Below are positions 10,601 through 19,085 of a stretch of 64,000 nucleotides of DNA, piece after piece. A program made the position numbers and the translations under genes. The DNA is taken from contig CAVUDP010000001.1 in NCBI GenBank assembly GCA_963740315.1, positions 1,440,001-1,504,000 on the forward strand, given 5' to 3'. The notes under the pieces were generated by a model. The model did not search any database, was not told the DNA's origin, and saw only the letters and a program-made list of their open reading frames with translations. Origin of the DNA: an uncultured cyanobacterium. Lineage in GTDB: Bacteria; Cyanobacteriota; Cyanobacteriia; Cyanobacteriales; Nostocaceae. Numbering within the stretch: the first letter of the stretch is position 1; the number at the start of each line of letters is the position of its first letter.

Positions 10601-12447
10601 CTGATAGTGATTTCACGGTAGTTGCAACTTCCCAAGAGCAAGCCGATTTACAAAAAGTTCCCTTTACCGACTTTATTACATTCGGCGATAGCCTTGCAGA
10701 TGTTGGTAACTTATTCCTTATTACTCAAGCAAATCCATTCACTGATGCATTTCCACCATCTCCACCTTACGATGACGGACGCTTTTCTAACGGTGAATTA
10801 GTACCCGAAATCATTGCCAAACAATTAGGTTTCTCAGCTTCCACTCCTTCCCTTGAAGGTGGAAATAATTATGCATTCGGAACTGCTGAAAGTGGTTCTG
10901 GTTTTTCCGATGAAGGTTTTCCGAATGTCGGCGAACAAATTTCAGCCTATCTGCTTGTAGATGAACCTACTGCAACTGATGTTTTCTTCATTACTGCGGG
11001 TTCAAATAATTTCTTCCCCGATATGAACGCTGAAAACACAGCGGAAAATATAGACACGCCCCTAAGCGCTTTACAAGGATTAACCGAAAATATTACCACC
11101 TTAGCCCAAGCAGGTGCAAAAAACTTTATCATTCCTAACGCTGCACCTTTGGGTACGCTTCCCTTTGCTAACGCTGCTGGAATTAACAACGCTTTAAACG
11201 CCGCATCAACTCAATTTAACACCTTACTCGATCCCAAATTAGACGAACTTGAAGGTGAACTAGGAATAAATATTATTGAGTTAGACATTGCTGGGGAATT
11301 CGCGAAAATTCTAGCTAATCCTAGCGAATTCGGGTTAACCAACGTTGTCACACCCGCTTTAAATACAACCACCGGAGCAGTAGTACCCAACCCCGACGAA
11401 TATTTCTGGTGGGATGAATTCCATCCGACTGCTGCTGCTTACAGTTTAATTGCTCGTGGTTTAGCAGACGAAATACCCGAAACTCAATTCGCAGCTACCA
11501 ACGTTTCTCCTTTAGTTCCAGATATCGAAGGTTTATCAATATATTACGGTGACGATGGAACTGGTTATCTGATTGCTAACAGTCAAGGAGATTCTTCCTA
11601 CGCTGTCTTCAGTCGTGAAGGTACAAACGAATATTTGGGTAGCTTCGTTGTTGGCGATCGCAATGGCATCGATCAGGTAAACGAAAGTGATGGTTTAGAT
11701 ATTGTTAACGTTGGTTTAGGAAGCGAATTCCCCAACGGATTATTAGTAGTACAAGATGGTGCAAACGATCCGCAAGTTGTGGTAGAAGATGAAGAAGAAT
11801 TAGAAAATGCTAGCACCAACTTTAAATTTGTTGATTGGAAAGAAGTAGCTCAAGCATTTGAAAATCCTCTTACCATAGACACCCAAAGCTATAATCCCCG
11901 CGATACTCAAGAAATTACTCCGCAAACTATCAACCCTATCAACACCAGCAACAAAGATGCAAATGGAAATGAAATAGAATTAATCAATCTTACCGCATTC
12001 GCAGGTAGAACCGTAACAGCTAGCTTTGAAATCAACCGAGAAGCAGATTACGACAACAACGTTTACTTCTACAAACTTGATAACGCTAACGGTGAAATCG
12101 GTTCCTTAGCACCTGATGCTAGCGGTTATCTACAAGCTGCATTAAACAACGTTATCAACCCAAGCCAAGCCTTAACAACCGATGACGAGCAAACCACAAC
12201 AGGAGTGCTTGAAATAACAGGTGGGGATATTTTGGGTATTGCGATCGTTGCAGATGGAACTTTAACACAAGCAGCAAGCAACTTTGAGAGCGTAGAAGGC
12301 GTTTATTTCTCTTATATTGGCGCTAACACCGATAGCGGATTTGACCATATCATATTTGAGGATGGTATGTTCAAGTTTGAAGATTTAGCTAATGGTGGAG
12401 ATAAAGACTTCAACGACATCGAAATCAAGATGGAATTTAGCGCCTGA
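7603..12447 (+). CDS. Multidomain phosphoesterase: EEP domain + phytase-like esterase + beta-propeller phytase interrupted by an SGNH domain + DUF4114-like tail
   Basis: EEP motifs (RFASYN, LLNEFD, GDQNAD, RVDY, SDH); phytase-like motifs (GGLSG, DPEGI, FESL, NLEG, SDNNF); phytase motifs (DADDPAIW, NNVD, AEGIVVD, DIEGL, SQGDS, ESDG, VQDG); FGDSLAD...WDEFHPT; tail FEDLANGGDKDFND. Confidence 0.88.
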   Translation: MPDNATKQDIRFASYNTSLNRDSAGKLITDLSTADNEQAKAVAEIIQRTNPDVLLLNEFDYDRNGEAIANFKNNYLEVSQNGVNAVDYPYVYLAPSNTGIASGFDLNNDGTIGTTEGTFDLANDAFGFGTFPGQYGMVLLSKYPIVEDEVRTFQNFLWKDMPNGFLTNDSSDNKLDDFYSSEEIDVLRLSSKSHWDIPVNVNGEIIHVLASHPTPPVFDGEEDRNGKRNHDEIRFWADYITPGEGDYIYDDNDNKGGLNSNAKFVIMGDQNADPTDGDSKDNAILQLLDNPQINTSVTPSSQGGIDAANRQGGVNENHTGNPAFDTADFNDETSGNLRVDYVLPSRNLKIEDAGVFWTTDEDPLFNLIGDFPFPSSDHRLVYTDIDLLSVNMTNQNRQYVTNISFLGETSFPTGLDFNGTEVGGLSGIAYDPSKGVYYALSDDRSTINPARFYTLDINLTDGKLDSGDITFNDVTTLQDASGNAFADGSLDPEGIALTQGNLYISSEGDASNVNSPINPFVNQFSLQGRQLSELPIPEKFNVGDNSGIRNNAAFESLTITPNQRYLYTATENALIQDGAAADVGQESLSRIIKYDLTTGQPVGEFVYEVGEVAIAPDSETDFRTNGLVELLATDNNGTLLALERSFTAGKGNTVKLYEVQTQGALDVSSQNDLFRETPLEDDGEIIAPGVFEIDPAVQKRLLVDFADLGIAPDNLEGLALGPQLEDGSQSLIVVSDNNFLPIQTTQFIALGLDFKTTPAVLPQLETPGVVNVENVENAIAGDADDPAIWVNPNNSSESIVIGTLKDGGLATFNLQGETQQIIAPAEFGQQRFNNVDIIYNFPLASMIIGAESKVDLAVVSDRANDTLAIFTISENGELSKFRTPQLDNPDFSIFGVDDGEATAYGLATYTSPDNGKSYVFVTQADGNKVAQLELTSKLSPADEQLIEAEVVRTLELPLPEGGEAEDGQAEGIVVDQELGFLYVAMEDGAGILKFSAAPEADSDFTVVATSQEQADLQKVPFTDFITFGDSLADVGNLFLITQANPFTDAFPPSPPYDDGRFSNGELVPEIIAKQLGFSASTPSLEGGNNYAFGTAESGSGFSDEGFPNVGEQISAYLLVDEPTATDVFFITAGSNNFFPDMNAENTAENIDTPLSALQGLTENITTLAQAGAKNFIIPNAAPLGTLPFANAAGINNALNAASTQFNTLLDPKLDELEGELGINIIELDIAGEFAKILANPSEFGLTNVVTPALNTTTGAVVPNPDEYFWWDEFHPTAAAYSLIARGLADEIPETQFAATNVSPLVPDIEGLSIYYGDDGTGYLIANSQGDSSYAVFSREGTNEYLGSFVVGDRNGIDQVNESDGLDIVNVGLGSEFPNGLLVVQDGANDPQVVVEDEEELENASTNFKFVDWKEVAQAFENPLTIDTQSYNPRDTQEITPQTINPINTSNKDANGNEIELINLTAFAGRTVTASFEINREADYDNNVYFYKLDNANGEIGSLAPDASGYLQAALNNVINPSQALTTDDEQTTTGVLEITGGDILGIAIVADGTLTQAASNFESVEGVYFSYIGANTDSGFDHIIFEDGMFKFEDLANGGDKDFNDIEIKMEFSA

Positions 12448-12489
12448 TATTAATTAGCTTATTAGGTTGACCTAAACACACAGTTTCAG

Positions 12490-12554
12490 AAACCCGGTTT
12501 CAAGAGTATTCCACAGCCAGACGATCGCGCTTTGGGTCTTATGAAACCGGGTTT
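12490..12554. repeat. Inverted repeat AAACCCGGTTTCA...TGAAACCGGGTTT (dispersed repeat, possible terminator)
   Basis: 13-bp perfect inverted repeat directly after the stop codon; related to the stem at 5391. Confidence 0.6.
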
Positions 12555-12982
12555 ATTACTTGCATAAATAGCCCAACGCCCAACTCTCAATTCCCTATCC
12601 TCAAAAATTATTCAATTTTTCCTTAACGAACAACATAAACTATGTATCAAATCTATTATTTTATTCCTATTTGTATCAAGTGCAATATAAAAAATCATAA
12701 TTAAATACAAAAGATGAAAACTATCCTTGACAAAATAAGCTCTATAATATTCATGTCGCTATAATTGCAATCAATCGGAGACAATTCACTTTATCTTTAA
12801 TGATATATCCTGTAAATTCAACGATATATACATTTAAAACTATAAAAAGCTATCATAATACAATTTACTTGCCTAAAAAGATAACATATATTAAGATTGA
12901 GTATATGTAAGGTAAAAGCTTGATTTTTTAGGTATTGACACTTCAGCAAATACCCGCAACAAAATATTATTATTTATTCAGG

Positions 12983-13012
12983 TTTAAACTTTTCTTAACC
13001 TAATTTTAAGAT
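12983..13012 (+). promoter_or_regulatory. Putative Pho box upstream of the Ig-repeat protein
   Basis: TTTAAACT-n3-CTTAACCT-n3-TTTAAGAT with an 11-bp period. Confidence 0.7.
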
Positions 13013-13258
13013 TTTAATAATTTTTATTATCTATATTGGCAACAGTCACTTTAGGCTTCTTTGTAAATACAGAAGTTAGAAGTTACAAAATATAATTTCT
13101 ATCTGAACTTTTGAGGCAATTGTTGACAACTCCTGCACTCTTGGTAAGTCAGTAAGAGAGTGCTGCGAGTAGTTGCACTCTAGGTTTTTAACGTCCGGTA
13201 AATGTAATGTAGGGCGCATCTCAACACATTTATATATCAACTAGGAGAGTTCTCTGGA

Positions 13259-16200
13259 ATGGCAACAGTTTTTATTAACGAGTTTCATTATTTAAATGCA
13301 GGTGTTGATACTAATTCATTTGTAGAAATTGCAGGTCCTGCTGGTACCGACCTCACAAATTATTCAATCGTTGCTTATAGAACTGACGGAACTATCTTCC
13401 AGCAAAAATTTTTAAGCGGCATAATCCCAATCCAATACCGGACGGCTTTGGTACAGTTTCCATTAACTTTGATGATGGTATTCCAGCATTAGGTGCGATC
13501 GCATTAGTAAATAACGATACTGTAGACCAGTTTCTCAGCTACGGTGGAAATGATAGAACTGTTACCGCTACTGTAGATCCTATTGGTGTAACAGGATTCA
13601 TTGGAGCAATCAGCAATAACATCGGTGTAGGTGAAAACGACACAACCACCCTTGCAACAGGTTCTTTACAGTTGCAGGGTACTGGTGACGATCCTTCTGA
13701 CTTTACCTGGGTGGCAGTCGATAATACTTCTACTAAGGGCAATGTTAACACTTCTCAGGACTTCACCACTTCTTTTGTTCCCGATCCCAACGACGGCACC
13801 ACAGCACCTGTATTAACAGTAACCACCAATCCTAGTGACAACGCTGAAAACGTAGCAGCAAGCACATCGATCGTCTTGGACTTCGGTCAAAACGTAACAG
13901 CAGTTCCAGATAAACTCATCACTATCACAGACGATGTTGGAAACAATTTCCAAATCGGTGCTAATTCTCCACTGGTATCTATCGATGGTAGTGTTGTTAC
14001 CATCGACCCAAGTGGTGCTAATTTTAGCAACGGTAGAGAGTACAGCGTAACAATCGAGTCTGGTGCTTTTAAAAATACCAGTGGTGAGGACATCGACGTC
14101 ATATTAGCTGCTGACGGTACCTTCAACTTCACCATAGCTCCTGATGGAGTAGGAGTTACTCCTGACACTACCGCACCTACATTAACAGGAACGCTTACTC
14201 CTGCTGACAACAGTACAGGTGTAGCAGTAGGTACAAACATCAGCTTTACCTTAAGCGAAGATGCAGTAGCAGTTGCAGGTAAGAACATCTTCATCGTAGA
14301 TGATGAAGATGAAGGTGAAGGTGGAACCGTTACCACAATCGATGCTGCTGATACTACCCAAGTAACTATTAACGGTGGAGTTGTTACCATCAACCCAACT
14401 GCTGACTTGATCAACGGTAAAGAATACACCGTAGAAATCGAGTCTGGTGCATTTACAGATGCTGCTGAAAATCCATTTAACGGTACATTAGCTACTGACG
14501 GTACCTTCAACTTCATCACAGTTGCTGAAGACACTACAGCACCTACGTTAATAGGAACCCCTACTCCTGCTAATAACGCTGAAAACGTACCAGCAAATAC
14601 AAACATCAGCTTTACCTTAAGCGAAGATGCAGTAGCAGTTGCAGGTAAATCCATCAGGATCGGAGACATAGAAATCGATGCTGCTGATACTACCCAAGTA
14701 ACTATTAACGGTGGAGTTGTTACCATCAACCCAACTGCTGACTTGATCAACAGTATAGGATACATCGTAGAAATCGAGTCTGGTGCATTCACAGATGCTG
14801 CTGGGAACCCATTCGACGGTGAATTAGCTACTGACGGTCTCTTCAACTTCATCACAGTTGCTGAAGACACTACAGCACCTACATTCACAGGAGCCACTAC
14901 TCCTGCTGACAACAGTACAGGCGTAGCAGTAGGTACAAACATCAGCTTTACCTTAAGCGAAGATGCAGTAGCAGTTCCAGGTAAGAACATCACTATTTCA
15001 AGCGATGGTGAAGACGATATCGTAATCGCTGCTGATTCTTCTCAAGTAACTACTAACGGTGGTGTTGTTACCATCAACCCAACTGCTGACTTGATGAACG
15101 GTAAAGAATATACCGTAGCAATCGAGTCTGGTGCATTTACAGATGCTGCTGGAAACGAATTCGACGGTACATTAGCTACTGACGGTACCTTCAACTTCAC
15201 CACAATTGCTGCTCCTGACACCACAGCACCTACATTCTCAGGAGCCACTACTCCTGCTGATAACGCTATGGATGTAGCAGTAGGTACAAACATCAGCTTT
15301 ACTTTAAACGAAGATGCAACACCAGTTGCAGGTAAAAACATCACCATCACAGACGAAGATGGAACCGTTACCACAATCGCTGCTGATTCTTCTCAAGTAA
15401 CTATTAACGGTGGTGTTGTTACCATCAACCCAACTGCTGACTTGATCAACGGTAAAGAATACACCGTAGCAATTGAGTCTGGTGCATTCACAGATGCTGC
15501 TGGGAACGAATTCAACGGTGAATTAGCTACTGACGGTGCTTTCAACTTCACCACAATTGCTGCTCCTGACACCACAGCACCTACATTCTCAGGAACGCTT
15601 ACTCCTGCTGACAACAGTACAGGTGTAGCAGTAGGTACAAACATCAGCTTTACCTTAAGCGAAGATGCAGTAGCAGTTGCAGGTAAGAACATCACTATTT
15701 CAAGCGATGGTGAAGACGATATCGTAATCGCTGCTGATTCTTCTCAAGTAACTATCAACGGTGGTTTAGTTACCATCAACCCAACTGCTGACTTGATGAA
15801 CGGTAAAGAGTACACCGTAGAAATCGAGTCTGGTGCATTTACAGATGCTGCTGGGAACGAATTCGACGGTGATTTAGGTGATGATGATGGTTTCAACTTC
15901 ACCACAATTGCTGCTCCTGTCACTACTCCCGACGACACCGACGCACCTACATTCTTAGGAACCCTTACTCCTGCTGACAACAGTACAGGCGTAGCAGTAG
16001 GTACAAACATCAGCTTTACCTTGAACGAAGATGTAAAAGCAGTTGCAGGTAAATTCATCATCATCAGTGAAGGTGAAGACAGTTTCCGAATCGCTGCTGA
16101 TGATTCTTCTCAAGTAACTATCGCTGGTGGTGTTGTTACCATCAACCCATCTTTTAATTTGATGAACGGTAAAGATTACACCGTTGAAATCGAATCTGGT

Positions 16201-16839
16201 GCATTTACGGATGATGCTGGGAACCCATTTAACGGCGAATTAGTTGATGGTGAAGATTATAACTTCACCACAGTTGCTGCTGCTGTAACTCCTCCACCTA
16301 CCCCCGATCCCATCACTCCTGTTTCCCCAGGCAGCACCATCGGCACCGTTACCGAGGGCAACAACGTGATGGAAGTAATCGATCTTAGAAGATTCGCAGG
16401 TGAAACCGTAACAGCTACCTACGAAATCAGTAGAGAAGCAAATTACGACAACAACATTTACTTCTATAAAGTTGATAGTGCTGACGGTAGTATTGATGGT
16501 ATAGCAACCGATGAAGAAGGCTACCTCGCAAAAGCTTTAGGCAATATTGTTAATACTGGAATCACAGCTGACGACGATGCTAACGACGTAGCTGGAAGCT
16601 TCACTCTACAAGGTGGAGACATCTTGGGTATTGCCTTCGTTGCAGACGGTACTTTATTACAAGCGACAAGCAACCTTGATAGCGTCGAAGGTGTATACCT
16701 CTCTTTCATGGGCGCTAACACCGACAACGGTACCTTCGATCACGTTAAGTTTGAGAACGGTATGTTCAAGTTTGAAGACTTGGCTAACGGTGGCGACAAA
16801 GATTTCAACGACATCGAACTGAAGATTGACTTTGCTTAA
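13259..16839 (+). CDS. Lamin-tail-like N-domain + 7 Ig-like (Big_5/SbsA-type) repeats + DUF4114-like tail; 1-bp frameshift near 13428 (pseudogene or sequencing error)
   Basis: ORF 13259..13492 (VFINEFHY...VEIAGPAGTDL) continues in the frame of ORF 13672 from 13429 (NPIPDGFGTV...IALV...QFLSYGG...SLQLQGTG). Seven TAPT...PADN...FNF repeats follow. RBS AGGAGA lies before 13259. Confidence 0.8.
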
Positions 16840-16882
16840 TTAATTTGTTTCCTGGCTGCGGTTGGGAAACGGGTTAGTTAAA

Positions 16883-16916
16883 AAAAAGCATCTGGTAAAT
16901 TTACCGGGTGCTTTTT
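16883..16916 (+). terminator. Intrinsic terminator
   Basis: AAAAAGCATCTGGTAA/TTACCGGGTGCTTTTT hairpin. Confidence 0.75.
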
Positions 16917-17137
16917 ATCATCTCCTCAAACAAAAGTAGCGACAGTAGCTAGATTATCCTAAAAGAAAAAACTACTATACTTAAAAAGCAATAATTTCAA
17001 GCAAACAAAGAATAAACAATACAGCTTATTTACCTAAGTAATTATATTAAAAAAAGTGCTTGTAATAGGCGAGCTATTTATCCAAGTTTTACTTCAACAA
17101 ATTACAAAATAGCTATTAATTCGTAATTTATAGTTAA

Positions 17138-17353
17138 TTTCCGCTTGTTTTTTCTTCACTATATGCCAATGGTAGCTTCACGGATGCCCTCAACAACAAC
17201 GCAAAAGTATACTTCGCATATCAAGGCGCAAACACCGATAATTTCGACCATATTCGTCTACTAAATGACAACACCTTTGGTTTTGAAGACTTATACAACG
17301 GTGGCGACAGAGACTACAACGATTTAATTATCAAGATGGAATTTACCGTTTAA
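17138..17353 (+). pseudogene. Orphan DUF4114-like C-terminal fragment (no start codon)
   Basis: Translates to ...ANGSFTDALNNNAKVYFAYQGANTDNFDHIRLLNDNTFGFEDLYNGGDRDYNDLIIKMEFTV*; in-frame TAA at 17135. Confidence 0.85.
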
Positions 17354-17361
17354 AAACAAAG

Positions 17362-17419
17362 GTTGGTAGAAAAAGCTTTAGCCCCTCCGGATTGGGGAAC
17401 CGATGCCCTTACTACGAAC
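17362..17419. repeat. Short palindromic dispersed repeat (copy 2, inverted relative to 981-1037)
   Basis: GTTGGTAGAAAAAGCTTTAGC...GGGAACCGATGCCCTTACTACGAAC. Confidence 0.7.
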
Positions 17420-17560
17420 CCATCAAAATTAATGTGGCAGAGTACCAGATGCTCGCTGGTTGTAACCACAAACCCAGACGCGAAAACCTCTCATAATTTA
17501 TGTGGTGAAGAGTAATAACAAATTACAAATTATATAAACAAAATTATCATACTAACACTC

Positions 17561-17720
17561 AATAATCCCACTGTTTACTTCCCCTGCCTCGGAACAATTA
17601 CCGATGGCGTTGACTGCCTAAAGGTTACTGGCAGATAATACCCTGAGTTTTGAGGATTTAGCTAATGGTGGCTTTGAATACTATAACGACCATTATGTCA
17701 AGGATAATTTTACGGTTTAA
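17561..17720 (+). pseudogene. Second, more decayed orphan DUF4114-like C-terminal fragment
   Basis: NNPTVYFPCLGTITDGVDCLK / (frameshift) LLADNTLSFEDLANGGFEYYNDHYVKDNFTV*. Confidence 0.75.
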
Positions 17721-18109
17721 ATAATTGCGATCGATTGTTTAATCATCTATAGAGGCGGGTTGTTAAACCAGATCGATTTCTATTAGAGTCGAAAAAACTG
17801 GCTCTCAATTTTTAACAGCGGTTAAACTATTAAAGATGGTTAATTATATGTATAGTAGCAAAGATTACGTATGTCTCAAATGTACTTTGGCAAACATCAG
17901 ATTTTATTACTACTATGTTTTTCAGTAATTCCCCGAATAGCATATGTTTCCATATCTAGGTATTAATAACAGTCAGCAGCTATTAGTAAAATTAACCAAA
18001 TGTTGTCTTTTATGCTTTATTAACCGGCATCACAACCTGTTAATAACTTTATAGACATACTTTGATTGAAGCAATTTATCACAGCGGCAACCTGAATGAT
18101 ACTAATATT

Positions 18110-18868
18110 ATGACCGCAGTTTTGCAAATTGGCGATCGCGCTATTAATGTTGATGAGATTCTTCCGCTGCTTAAGCAGTACGGAATGCTGCCTCAACTGT
18201 TAAAAGAAATAGTTATTGATAATGCAACTGCTTCTATTTCGCTTTCTGAGGAAGAAGTGGCAACAGCATATAAGCAGTTTTACCAACAGCAGCAACTAGG
18301 GGATGAGCAGCAATTACAAGCTTGGCTGAAATCCCGCAACTTAGAACGCGAGCAGCTAGATTATCTAGTAACTCGTACTCTTCGCTTAGAAAAGTTTAAA
18401 CAAGAGACTTGGAAGACAAAGTTAGAATCGTATTTTCTTCAACGTAAGGAAAAGTTAGATAAAGTCATTTATTCGCTAATTCGGGTTAATGATATTGCCA
18501 TTGCCCAAGAATTATACTTTCGCGTTCAAGAAGATGAGCAGCCTTTTGCCGAACTTGCTCGCGAGTATAGTAAGGGACCTGAAGCGCAGACGGGCGGTTT
18601 AATTGGTCCGGTAGAGTTGGGGGTTCCCCATCCGGTTTTAGCGAAAATGTTGCTCAAGTCTCAACCAGGGCAAGTTCTACCGCCCACTCGTTTGGGAGAT
18701 TGGATTTTAATTGTTCGATTGGAGCAATTTATTCCCGCGCAGTTAGACGCAGCAACGCAACAGCGATTGTTAAACGAGCAATTTGAAGCCTGGGTGCAGG
18801 GAGAAATAACTTCTACCCTCAAGGATAGTCAGTTATCGACGGATAAAGATGATTCGACTGAAAGCTAA
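18110..18868 (+). CDS. PpiC/parvulin-type peptidylprolyl isomerase, T1SS-associated
   Basis: FAELAREYSKGPEAQTGGLIGP motif; sits upstream of the HlyB/HlyD genes. ATG at 18110 is preferred over TTG at 18062. Confidence 0.88.
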   Translation: MTAVLQIGDRAINVDEILPLLKQYGMLPQLLKEIVIDNATASISLSEEEVATAYKQFYQQQQLGDEQQLQAWLKSRNLEREQLDYLVTRTLRLEKFKQETWKTKLESYFLQRKEKLDKVIYSLIRVNDIAIAQELYFRVQEDEQPFAELAREYSKGPEAQTGGLIGPVELGVPHPVLAKMLLKSQPGQVLPPTRLGDWILIVRLEQFIPAQLDAATQQRLLNEQFEAWVQGEITSTLKDSQLSTDKDDSTES

Positions 18869-19085
18869 TTGAATTTAAAATTTAAAATTTAAAATTTTGG
18901 TTTTTGGATCGAACGAAGGAATATGTTCCTGTTTGACGAAAAATAAAGCAGATTGATTATTTTTTAAGTTGTCGTGACGAGAAAACGCATCACCATTTGA
19001 TTCGATCCAAAATCCAAAATTCTCAAGTTTTCAGGTGTATCTAAAGGATTATTCTAAAATCCAAAATCTAAAATCCAAAATTCAA

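Noticed and set aside
13887..16064. Long minus-strand ORFs (368, 110, 100 and 106 aa)
   Set aside because: Antisense shadows of the Ig-repeat gene caused by its codon bias; they mirror its repeats and have no independent motifs.
17811..17845. Pho box upstream of the T1SS operon
   Set aside because: The TTAA units are not on an 11-bp period, so P regulation of the transporter is not supported by sequence.
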